Assembly: GCA_963818475.1 (NCBI GenBank)
Contig: CAWFSF010000006.1
Location: 2,144,001-2,208,000, forward strand
Length of the DNA: 64,000 nt
From: Nitrospirota bacterium
GTDB lineage: Bacteria; Nitrospirota; UBA9217
Direction of reading: 5' to 3'
In this document: piece by piece, positions 10,816 to 19,188 of the stretch
Layout: every line of letters begins with the position of its first letter
Position numbering within the stretch: the first letter of the stretch is position 1
Program-made: the position numbers and the translations under genes
Notes under the pieces: generated by a model
Databases searched by the model: none
Told to the model about the DNA's origin: nothing
What the model saw: only the letters and a program-made list of their open reading frames with translations

Positions 10816-11709
10816 ATGGACATTCACCAGCTTCAGGTATTCCTCTCGGTCTACCGCAACAAAAGCTTTTCCCTTGCCGCCAGGGAGCTGCATCTCACGC
10901 AGCCCTCGGTCAGCATCCATGTGAAAAAGCTTGAGGAAGAGCTGGGAATAAAGCTCTTCGACCGGGTAGGCAGAAGAACGATCCCCACCAAGGAAGGCAG
11001 CCTCCTGTATACCAGGGCCGGTGAGATCGTTGAACAGCTGAAGGACATCAGGACCGACCTATCGTCCTCAGAAAAGGAGGTCAAAGGGCTTTTGAACATC
11101 GGCGCCACGAGCATCCCCGGCTCCTACGTGGTCCCGCCTCTGGCAGCAGAATTCAGCAAACGCTATCCCGAGGTCTTCTTCCAGGTCACCATCGACGGCA
11201 CGAAGGAGATCGTTGACAAGGTCGCCGGCGGAGAACTGCTGCTCGGGATCGTGGGTGACCTGAAGAGCGCGAAGGATGTCGAGCGCGTCCACTCCTTCCG
11301 GGATGAGCTCGTGCTCGTGGCCGCGCCGGGCCTTATCTGGAACAAGGAGATCTCGCCGCTCAAGCTTTTCACGCTGCCGCTCCTCATGCGTGAGGAGGAG
11401 TCGGATTCGCGCAAGAGCATGGAGCAGCACCATTTCCTGCACCGCATCAGCCTCAAAGCGTTGAACATCAAGGCCATCCTGGGCTCCACGGACTCGCTGC
11501 GGGAAGCGGTAAAATCGGGGCTCGGGGCCTCCATTTTGTCGCGCTTCGTGATCAAGGATGACCTCAAGGCAGGCCGCGTCGAGGAGATCCGCATCAAGGG
11601 AGTGAAGATGAAGCGGCTTTTGTACGTCATCACGAACAAAAAGCGCGCCCTCCCCGAGCACTACCGCGCATTCGTACAGTTCCTTACAGAAAAGCTTCCG
11701 AAAGCCTGA
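10816..11709 (+). CDS. LysR-family regulator (CysL / selenium-metabolism-associated type)
   Basis: HTH SFSLAARELHLTQPSVS..LEEELGIKLFDR; GATSIPG; MREE.S; LGSTDSLREAV. Confidence 0.9.
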   Translation: MDIHQLQVFLSVYRNKSFSLAARELHLTQPSVSIHVKKLEEELGIKLFDRVGRRTIPTKEGSLLYTRAGEIVEQLKDIRTDLSSSEKEVKGLLNIGATSIPGSYVVPPLAAEFSKRYPEVFFQVTIDGTKEIVDKVAGGELLLGIVGDLKSAKDVERVHSFRDELVLVAAPGLIWNKEISPLKLFTLPLLMREEESDSRKSMEQHHFLHRISLKALNIKAILGSTDSLREAVKSGLGASILSRFVIKDDLKAGRVEEIRIKGVKMKRLLYVITNKKRALPEHYRAFVQFLTEKLPKA

Positions 11710-11928
11710 ATCCATTCACTCCTTTTCGAATCGGATAAAGAAGAAATTATCGCCAGCTGCATATGCTCTTTTTCTCTAAAAAGGTGATACTATTGTGATT
11801 ATCAGGATAAAATCGCTGCAATCTTGTACGCTGCACTACTCAGCCTATTCACCAGTTGGATTAGAGAAAATCCGGAATTACCCGGTGTCTCCCCGTTTTC
11901 GCGCCTGCGGGAGAAGAGAATTTAATAA

Positions 11929-12072
11929 TGATGATCCCGTAAGAAATCTCCCAAGCCGTCATTGCGAGGAGCGAAGCGACGCGGCAATCTCGTTTTTCCG
12001 ATCAGTTACTAACTGCGAGATTGCTTCGCTATGATCGCAAAGACGGCTTTTCAGGCTTATTACGAATCGTCA
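11929..12072. repeat. nested palindromic element (GTCATTGCGAGGAGCGAAGCGAC type inside an outer TGATG..CGTAA IR)
   Basis: AAGCCGTCATTGCGA ... TCGCAAAGACGGCTT; inner GCAATCTCG/CGAGATTGC; outer TGATGATCCCGTAA ... TTACGAATCGTCA. Confidence 0.75.
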
Positions 12073-12095
12073 ATAATGTACGGTAATTGCGTTCA

Positions 12096-12722
12096 ATGGA
12101 CAGTACATCTTTCTTAAAAGGGCTGGCTATAGGTTTCGTGATCGCCGCACCCCTGGGGCCCATCGGCATACTATGCGCGCGACGGACGCTGACGCACGGG
12201 CGGCGAGCAGGTTTCTACTCCGGCATGGGCGCATCGACGGCAGACGTGCTCTACGGCTTTATCGCTGCCTTCGGACTTACGTTCTTATCTGACTTTCTCT
12301 CCAGCTATCAGTTCTGGTTCAGGCTTGCAGGCGGAGCGATCTTGTGCTTCCTCGGCGTCAAAACATTCACTGAACATCCGCCGGAGAGCAACGACGTTCC
12401 TTCACCATTGAACAAGGAAAGACGTCACACCAAAATGTATAGCTCCACGTTCCTCCTTACACTGACGAATCCCATGACCATCCTTTCTTTGGCCGCGGTC
12501 TTTGCCGGGTTCGGGATCACCGGCACCAGAGGGAGTGTCCTCTCCGCGGCAGTTCTGATTCTGGGAGTATTTCTGGGCTCAGTGCTCTGGTGGCTGTTTC
12601 TTGTCGGGGTGTTCAGTGTCTTCAAGCGACGCTTCAAACGGCACGAATTGCTGTGGATCAACAGGATCGCGGGCCTGATCATTACGATCTCCGGCGTGTT
12701 GGCGCTCATCAGCCTGTTATAA
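12096..12722 (+). CDS. LysE/RhtB family translocator
   Basis: IAAPLGPIG, G.GASTAD, LTLTNPMTI, about 6 TM helices. Confidence 0.88.
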   Translation: MDSTSFLKGLAIGFVIAAPLGPIGILCARRTLTHGRRAGFYSGMGASTADVLYGFIAAFGLTFLSDFLSSYQFWFRLAGGAILCFLGVKTFTEHPPESNDVPSPLNKERRHTKMYSSTFLLTLTNPMTILSLAAVFAGFGITGTRGSVLSAAVLILGVFLGSVLWWLFLVGVFSVFKRRFKRHELLWINRIAGLIITISGVLALISLL

Positions 12723-12888
12723 TGCAATTGCGGAGCACCGTATCGCGGGAACGTTTCAACTGTTTAATTCCGTTAGGATGGCAGTGTATCGCCAGGACCT
12801 ATAAATTTTACACCCATCTTCCCGCCCACTCTATAAAGAACAACAATTAGACTTCCCCCTGCATATGCTTTATGGTAATCATGCAATT

Positions 12889-13023
12889 TTGATGGACTCG
12901 CAATAATTCGGATTTTAACCGCGGAGACGCTGAGACGCAGAGAAAGTCTTTAATATTTCAAGGTGCCTTCCTCTGCGCCTCCGCGTCTCGGCGGTGGATA
13001 ATGACTTTTTACGAATGTATCAA
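12889..13023. repeat. nested palindromic element (9-nt CGCGGAGA-type arms inside an outer TTGATG..CGCAA / TTACGAA..TCAA IR)
   Basis: AACCGCGGAGACGCTGAGACGCAGAG ... CTCTGCGCCTCCGCGTCTCGGCGGT. Confidence 0.8.
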
Positions 13024-13085
13024 TTTTGTTGGGATAGCTTCCCGGTCTCAGGAAAAACTACTTTTTTTCATCTCTGGGAGGAACA

Positions 13086-13190
13086 ATGCTCTATCGTCTC
13101 GTAGTAACGCTGCGTATCGCAAAAGCTGTGGTCATCGGTATTCTGACCCTCGGTCTTGTGATCTCGGCATCACTGTTGTTCGCTGCGTAG
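13086..13190 (+). CDS. small hydrophobic peptide, 34 aa (MLYRLVVTLRIAKAVVIGILTLGLVISASLLFAA)
   Basis: GGGAGG SD 4 nt before ATG; single TM segment; TAG at 13188-13190, 34 nt before the methyltransferase. Confidence 0.55.
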   Translation: MLYRLVVTLRIAKAVVIGILTLGLVISASLLFAA

Positions 13191-13224
13191 CTTTAAGGAA
13201 TTAAGCCAAGGGGGGAGTAAGACT

Positions 13225-14025
13225 GTGAAGAGGATCGACGTAACGCTGAAAGAGGTAAGGGGAGTATATTCAGGTCCTGAAGGGCAGCTCTGGGAAATGA
13301 TCATGGGCGAGCAGATCCACGTAGGCGGATTCGCGTCATCCATGGCGCTGGCGCAGAAGGCCGGGATCAGGGAAGGCCAGAAGGTCCTCGATCTCTGCAG
13401 CGCGCTCGGTGCTGGCTTGCGGTTCCTGGTCAAAAACTTCAAGGTGCAGGGCTACGGCCTTGATGCCACGCAGCACATGGTCGAAGAAGCCGACAGGCGC
13501 TGCAAACGCGACGGCATGGACGGGTCCATCGAAATGAAACTGGGCGACGTTACCAGTATTCCCTGGGACGCGTCCACTTTTGATGTTGTCTGGGGCGAGG
13601 ATGCATGGTGCTATGTGACTGACAAGGACAGGCAGATCGCCGAGGCTGCACGGGTGCTCAAAAAGGGAGGCACCATTGCTTTTACCGACTGGGTGGAGGG
13701 TCCCAAAGGCCTGATCGACGTTGATGCTGAACGCATCGAACGCTTCATGAAATTCCCCTACATGGAAAGCCAAAAAGGATATGAAGCGCTGCTCAAGAAG
13801 CACGGCTTTACCGTGACCGTATCGGAAGATCTTACACCTGACTTCGCTGACCACATCCAGCTCTACATCGACATGCTCACCAAGCAGCTCACCTTCGACG
13901 CCCTGCGCATCATCAACTGGGACATGAACCTGATGCAGGCCATGGGCGGAGAGATGATGTTCATGCTCGAAAAGGCGCGCGCGGGAAATTTCGGCAGGAC
14001 CAGGATCGTGGCTGTAAAGGGATAG
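13225..14025 (+). CDS. class I SAM-dependent methyltransferase (sarcosine/dimethylglycine N-MT-like fold)
   Basis: GEQIHVG, VLDLCSALGAG, GLDAT, FDVVWGEDAW, RVLKKGG; SD GGGGGAG before GTG. Confidence 0.85.
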   Translation: MKRIDVTLKEVRGVYSGPEGQLWEMIMGEQIHVGGFASSMALAQKAGIREGQKVLDLCSALGAGLRFLVKNFKVQGYGLDATQHMVEEADRRCKRDGMDGSIEMKLGDVTSIPWDASTFDVVWGEDAWCYVTDKDRQIAEAARVLKKGGTIAFTDWVEGPKGLIDVDAERIERFMKFPYMESQKGYEALLKKHGFTVTVSEDLTPDFADHIQLYIDMLTKQLTFDALRIINWDMNLMQAMGGEMMFMLEKARAGNFGRTRIVAVKG

Positions 14026-14059
14026 TATCCGCACAAGGAACGCGTGTAAACACTGACCA

Positions 14060-14143
14060 CCCTCTCCCACCCCCTCCATCAAGGGAGGGGCATATTTTAT
14101 TAAGTAATCCTCTCCCCTCGCGGGAGAGGGCTGGGTGAGGGGG
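14060..14143. repeat. CCCTCTCCC-type REP-like double hairpin
   Basis: CCCCTCCATCAAGGGAGGGG and CCTCTCCCCTCGCGGGAGAGGG..GGGTGAGGGGG. Confidence 0.7.
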
Positions 14144-14189
14144 AATGTTTTCTATAACAGGACCCTTCTTAACAGGAGCACGTTGGCGC

Positions 14190-14218
14190 TTGCATCCAAT
14201 GATGGACTACCGTATATT
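14190..14218 (+). promoter_or_regulatory. putative sigma70 promoter giving a leaderless transcript
   Basis: TTGCAT-N17-TATATT ending 5 nt before ATG 14224; no SD. Confidence 0.45.
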
Positions 14219-14223
14219 ATCCC

Positions 14224-15327
14224 ATGCGCAAAGCATCCTTGATCCGTACAGCCTGTGACGCAAAGCATATCGCAGAACTCGAAGCGCTCCGTCAGCACCG
14301 GTCATCAGGCGGGAAAGTGGCGGGATATACCTGCCATGCGTTCCCGGCCGCGGTCCTTGCCGGACTGGGCCTGTGGCCTGCACGCATCCTCTGCGACTCC
14401 TCGGCTGACGCTGAAAGCGCAGGCGAAAAGGTGGTCCGACCGGACGTCTGTCCCCTGGTCAAGACCCTGCTCGGGAACGTTGCGGAAAAGCGAGGGCTCC
14501 ATGCCCAGGTGGACCTTTGGATCGGCCTTTCGACCTGCGACCAGATGCGCCGGGGCATGCACAGCCTTTCCGAACATCTTGCCTGCGAAGTGCACCCCAT
14601 CCAACTCCCCGCGACCCGAACACCGGAATCGGCAGACTACTACGTTGATCAGGTAAAGCGGGTTGCGGCAGACATCGAAACGCGCCACGGGCTGAGCTTT
14701 GACGCGAACGCAGCAGAACAATGGCATCGGGACCGTTACAAAGCAGCAGCAGTTCTCTCCCTGGCTGCCCGGTCAGGCAGGGTATCTCCACTCGATTTGC
14801 ACAACATGTTCCATGTCTTCTTCATGGCCCGGCCGAAAGGGCTGGCAGAATTCTTTTCCGGGCTGATCGCATCATCCAGGCCGTTTGAGGGAACAAAGAC
14901 CGTGGTACTCAGCGGCGGACCGCTCACTCGTGAGGACACAGCGCTACTCGAAGAGCTGGAAGAACGGGGCTATACCGTGCTTCCGCTCAACTGCACCGGT
15001 TTGAACGCCGTAGAGAGCGAAGGTCAAACGCGGGCGGGCAAAAATCTGATCGAATCGCTGGCCCTTGCAGCCTTTGGCATGCCAACCTGCACCAGGTCGC
15101 GGCCGAATACTGCTGTCTACACCCGGATCGGTGAGACGCTCAAAACATCGGGAGCAACCGGCCTGATCGTCAAGACCCTCAAGTTCTGCGACCACTGGTA
15201 CACGGAGCGCGAACGGCTGCGCAGGTCCTTTGGCGTGCCGGTGCTGGTCTTTGACTCGGATTACGCAGAAGGCGGACGGGAACGGATCTTGAGCAGGATC
15301 GATGCGTTTCTGGAAACACTGGAGTAA
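14224..15327 (+). CDS. 2-hydroxyacyl-CoA dehydratase family Fe-S subunit (HgdB/BzdN-like)
   Basis: GYTCHAFP, VCPLVK, STCDQMRR, KFCDHW, DSDY..RILSRIDAFLE. Confidence 0.8.
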   Translation: MRKASLIRTACDAKHIAELEALRQHRSSGGKVAGYTCHAFPAAVLAGLGLWPARILCDSSADAESAGEKVVRPDVCPLVKTLLGNVAEKRGLHAQVDLWIGLSTCDQMRRGMHSLSEHLACEVHPIQLPATRTPESADYYVDQVKRVAADIETRHGLSFDANAAEQWHRDRYKAAAVLSLAARSGRVSPLDLHNMFHVFFMARPKGLAEFFSGLIASSRPFEGTKTVVLSGGPLTREDTALLEELEERGYTVLPLNCTGLNAVESEGQTRAGKNLIESLALAAFGMPTCTRSRPNTAVYTRIGETLKTSGATGLIVKTLKFCDHWYTERERLRRSFGVPVLVFDSDYAEGGRERILSRIDAFLETLE

Positions 15328-15335
15328 AAACAGTT

Positions 15336-15532
15336 AACCACGGAGTCACGGAGGCACGGAGGAAAGCTGAGAGAATCAAAAGCTTTAAGCTTTTGTTTTA
15401 AAACCAAGGCTAAGGCTCTTGACCCTCTCAGCCTCAACGCCGTTCTCCGTGCCTCCGTGTCTCCGTGGTGAAAAAGGTTTGCGTTTGTTCAGGGTTTTGA
15501 TCTTCTCTGTGTCTCTGTGCCTCTGTGGTGAA
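15336..15532. repeat. palindromic element with 9-nt CACGGAG arms plus an extra right arm
   Basis: ACCACGGAGTCACGGAGGCACGGAG ... CTCCGTGCCTCCGTGTCTCCGTGGT and CTCTGTGTCTCTGTGCCTCTGTGGTGAA. Confidence 0.85.
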
Positions 15533-15539
15533 GGCCTTT

Positions 15540-18140
15540 ATGTTCAACGAAGTAAAAAAAATAAGCGTCATGGAATGGGAAGAGCGCATGCCGCAGGTAC
15601 CCGAAGCGTACCGGCAGCAGTGCACGGTCCTGCGCTCCCTCGTGCCCGGCGGCGTCCGCTACCTATTCAGCCCCTACGAATATTCCTGCCGTGGCGATAC
15701 GCTTCTGAGACGGCTCAAGTTCGACTCATCGCTCGCAGCACTCCGGCTCTGGGCCTTTATCTTCAGCGAAAAGGACCGATTGTTCCTTGCCAAGGAAAAA
15801 GGCTGGAAGATCTTTGCCGCCATGAAGGACCTTGGCCCTGTGCCGGTGCTGTCCTATGCCGTACCCGAGTCCATCACCTTTTATGCTGACGAATTGTGGT
15901 GGGCGCCCTGCTTTGCCGAAGAATCGCATCTTCTGGACGAAGCAGCCAGGCTTGGTGCAGGCGACGAACTCTGCTTTGTGCGCGCTGCGCTCGGTGCCAT
16001 GAAGACGCTGGACTACTTCCCTGCGCCGGACCTTTGTATTGCCGGTGTAGGCGCCTGCTGTGACGACTTCTCCGCGGTCATGCAGCTTATCGAGGCCGAG
16101 GGCTACGCAACCCATTGGTGGGAGATGGCTGAGCGCTTTGATCCATCGACGGCGATCATCACGGAAAAGTTTCTGCACACGTCTGCAGGGAGTTCCCCAT
16201 ACTTGGAGTCAGCCCGGATCTTTGTGGCAACCCAGCTTAAGGGCGTGGTGCGCAGATTGGAAGAAGTGAGCGGAAAAACGATCACCGAAGCCATGCTCAG
16301 GAAGAGCCGCGACCAATCCAACGCGATCAGGAGCCGCATAAGCGAGCTGCGCGACCTCGTCTATGGCGCGAAACAGCCGCCCTTGCCCGGGCTTGAGATG
16401 CTGCTTGCGGAGTTCATTGCTCCCCATGCCTGTTCCGATCCTGATGAAGCTGTTGCGGTCCTTGACGAGCTTTTGAAGACCGTGCGCGACAGGCTTGCAA
16501 AGAAGCTCTCCCCGCTCTCAGCCGACCCCTTGCGGGTCTTCTGGGCAACTCCTCCCACGGACGCTGCGCTCATCAACCTGCTCGAAGACCTGGGCGGCTG
16601 CATTGCCGGCACCGAGTACATGATCAGCCATTCCTTTCTTAAGATCGCTGAGAACATATCCGTCATCGACGCGGTTGCCGAGAACTGCATGGACGATCCC
16701 ATGACCGGCTCGGCAGCCTTCCGCGCCAGACGGATCATTGAAGGAGCAAAAAAATACGGGGCCGAAGGCATCATCATCTCAGGCATCTCGGGAGCCAGCC
16801 ACTGCGCTTTTGACGAGACCGCTATTACTGCCGCAGTCGAGACCGAACTGAACATCCCGGTGCTCTCGTTCGACGTACCTTATTCACCCGGCAGGCTGAA
16901 CGAACAGGTGGTAACGCGGATGCAGGGCTTTATGGAACTCCTGCGCCAGCGGAGAAATCCATCAGGCTCGATCACGAGCATGCCGCTTGTTGATCAGCGC
17001 AGCAAACACGACGAGAGCCCCTCGGAATATTTCAGAAATTCCATGTCGCGCGAAGTGGACCTGGTGCGCGACGCCAAACGGTTGGGTAAAGGCGTGGTCG
17101 GCATTTACTGCGAGTTCACGCCGCGCGAACTGATCCTGGCTGCGAATGCCGTCCCGGTCTGCCTCTGCGGAGCCAGCAACCGCACCATCCCGCCGGCAGA
17201 GACCGTGCTCCCCTCCAACCTCTGCCCGCTGATTAAATCCTCGTTCGGCTACATCCTGACGAACCGCTGCCCTTTTTACCTCGTCACCGATCTGATCGTG
17301 GCAGAAACGACCTGCGACGGGAAAAAGAAGATGTACGAGCTGATCGCGGACAAGAAGCCCGTGCATATTCTGGAGTTGACCCAGAAAGTGAACGAAGAAG
17401 AGGCCTTCTCCCATTGGCGCTCGGAAGTCGAAAAACTGAAAAAGAAGCTTGAGACCACGTTCAAGATCACGATCGCCGAAAAAGACCTGAGGAACGCGAT
17501 CAAGGCGATGAACCACGAGCGCGAACTCCTGCGTGAGGCCTTTGCTCTGGGCAAGGAAGACCCGGCCATTGTGACCGGCAAGGAGCTCGCCGATCTCAGG
17601 TACCGCGTGGCCGGAGAACCGGGCCATCTGCGCATGCTCGAGGCCTTCATTGCCGAGGCACAGCAGCGAAAAAAGGCGGGCAAGTTCGTTGCAAAGAAAG
17701 GCGCGCCCCGGATCCTGATGACCGGCTGCCCCACTGCCCAGGAGACGACCAAGCTCATTGAAGTGATCGAAGAATGCGGCGCCATTGTCGTGGTACAGGA
17801 AACCTGTTCAGGCGTCAAGCCGCTGGAGGTGCAGGTTGAAGAAACCGGCGACCCGATCGAAGCCATTGCACGCAAATACTTCCAGCTCCCCTGCTCCTGC
17901 ATGACGCCCAATCTGGGCAGGACTGAGCTTATCGAAAAGCTGTCAAAGGAATACAAGGTGAATGCAGTGGTCGATCTTGTGTGGCAGGCCTGCCATACGT
18001 ACAATGTAGAGTCCTATCTGATAGACAAGTTCGTGCGCGAAAAGCTCGGCATGCCTTATATGAAGGTGGAGACGGATTATTCGGATTCGGACCGGGAACG
18101 GATCAAAGTCCGAATACAGACGTTGGTGGAGATGCTGTAG
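15540..18140 (+). CDS. two-domain HAD-family Fe-S protein: divergent dehydratase-like domain fused to a double-cubane-cluster reductase (DCCP/YjiM-like) domain
   Basis: N domain LCFVRA, GACCDDF, ASHC, TRMQGFME; C domain GIYCEFTP, VCLCG, LPSNLCPLIKSS, ETTCDGKKK, MTGCP, ETCSG, PCSCMTPN, ACHTY. Confidence 0.8.
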   Translation: MFNEVKKISVMEWEERMPQVPEAYRQQCTVLRSLVPGGVRYLFSPYEYSCRGDTLLRRLKFDSSLAALRLWAFIFSEKDRLFLAKEKGWKIFAAMKDLGPVPVLSYAVPESITFYADELWWAPCFAEESHLLDEAARLGAGDELCFVRAALGAMKTLDYFPAPDLCIAGVGACCDDFSAVMQLIEAEGYATHWWEMAERFDPSTAIITEKFLHTSAGSSPYLESARIFVATQLKGVVRRLEEVSGKTITEAMLRKSRDQSNAIRSRISELRDLVYGAKQPPLPGLEMLLAEFIAPHACSDPDEAVAVLDELLKTVRDRLAKKLSPLSADPLRVFWATPPTDAALINLLEDLGGCIAGTEYMISHSFLKIAENISVIDAVAENCMDDPMTGSAAFRARRIIEGAKKYGAEGIIISGISGASHCAFDETAITAAVETELNIPVLSFDVPYSPGRLNEQVVTRMQGFMELLRQRRNPSGSITSMPLVDQRSKHDESPSEYFRNSMSREVDLVRDAKRLGKGVVGIYCEFTPRELILAANAVPVCLCGASNRTIPPAETVLPSNLCPLIKSSFGYILTNRCPFYLVTDLIVAETTCDGKKKMYELIADKKPVHILELTQKVNEEEAFSHWRSEVEKLKKKLETTFKITIAEKDLRNAIKAMNHERELLREAFALGKEDPAIVTGKELADLRYRVAGEPGHLRMLEAFIAEAQQRKKAGKFVAKKGAPRILMTGCPTAQETTKLIEVIEECGAIVVVQETCSGVKPLEVQVEETGDPIEAIARKYFQLPCSCMTPNLGRTELIEKLSKEYKVNAVVDLVWQACHTYNVESYLIDKFVREKLGMPYMKVETDYSDSDRERIKVRIQTLVEML

Positions 18141-18148
18141 GGACATTT

Positions 18149-18315
18149 TTCACGCGGAGACGCGGAGTTTGCGGAGACAAGCAACGCATTTACCTCACGC
18201 AAAGATCGCTCTGAAAGTTAAGTCATTTGATTCTAAGGCCAGCGCCTAATGTTTCCTTTGCGAGAGGCCGCTTTTAATATCTTTTTTCTCCGCGTCCTCC
18301 GCGCCTCCGCGAGAG
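18149..18315. repeat. nested palindromic element, 9-nt CGCGGAG arms
   Basis: CACGCGGAGACGCGGAGTTTGCGGAG ... CTCCGCGTCCTCCGCGCCTCCGCGAGAG, with inner CTCACGCAAAG/CTTTGCGAGAG. Confidence 0.8.
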
Positions 18316-18334
18316 ACAGCTTTGAGGTTAAATC

Positions 18335-19111
18335 ATGGTCACCGCAGGTGTTGACATAGGCTCCCGATCCATCGAGATCGTCCTGACCGACGGCGCGCAG
18401 GTCATCGAAGCGCTCACCACGAACTCAGGCTCCGCTCCCACGGAGAACGCGAGGAAGGCCTTCGCCGACGCCCTTGCTTCCGCCGGCATCAAACGGCAGG
18501 AGGTGGTCAAGGTCATTGCGACCGGCTACGGCAGGAACTATTTCCCCGAAGCCGACGCGGTCTCGTCGGAGATCCTCTGTCATGCCCGGGGCGTGGCATA
18601 TCTGTTCCCGAACGCCCGCACCGTGATCGACATCGGAGGACAGGATTCGAAAATGATCAGCCTTGACGGCAATGGCAAGGTGTCCAACTTTGTCATGAAC
18701 GACCGTTGCGCAGCCGGTACCGGAAAGTTCATCGAGATGGTCGGGCTCATGCTCGACGTGCCGCTTGACCGCATGGGTCCGCTCACGGATACATCCCCAG
18801 AAGCCTGCGAGATATCGTCCATGTGCGCGGTCTTCGCCGAATCGGAGATCATCGGCCTGACCCAGAGCGGTACGGCCGTTGATGTGGTGCTGCGCGGAGT
18901 GTTTCGGTCCGTGGCGCGCAGAACGCTTGCCATGACCGGAAAGGTCGGCCTGGTGAAGGATGTTGTCTTTACCGGAGGAGTGGCAAGGAACGCCGGTGTT
19001 GTGCGGGCTTTGGAGCATGAGACCGGCATGCGGTTGTCCATCCCGCCTGACCCGCAGATTACCGGAGCACTGGGCGCAGCATTGGTGGCCGCGGATAAGG
19101 CAAAGGCATGA
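18335..19111 (+). CDS. ATP-dependent acyl-CoA dehydratase/reductase activator (HgdC/BadF/YjiL-like)
   Basis: GVDIGS, ATGYGR, DIGGQDSK, MNDRCAAGTG, SSMCAVFAESE, FTGGVA. Confidence 0.92.
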   Translation: MVTAGVDIGSRSIEIVLTDGAQVIEALTTNSGSAPTENARKAFADALASAGIKRQEVVKVIATGYGRNYFPEADAVSSEILCHARGVAYLFPNARTVIDIGGQDSKMISLDGNGKVSNFVMNDRCAAGTGKFIEMVGLMLDVPLDRMGPLTDTSPEACEISSMCAVFAESEIIGLTQSGTAVDVVLRGVFRSVARRTLAMTGKVGLVKDVVFTGGVARNAGVVRALEHETGMRLSIPPDPQITGALGAALVAADKAKA

Positions 19112-19188
19112 TCTGAAGTTTTAAGCTCCTGCATTACACGCCCTCGCATGACTCCTCAGCGTCAAAGGTTATTTGCCTTTTTCTCGGA

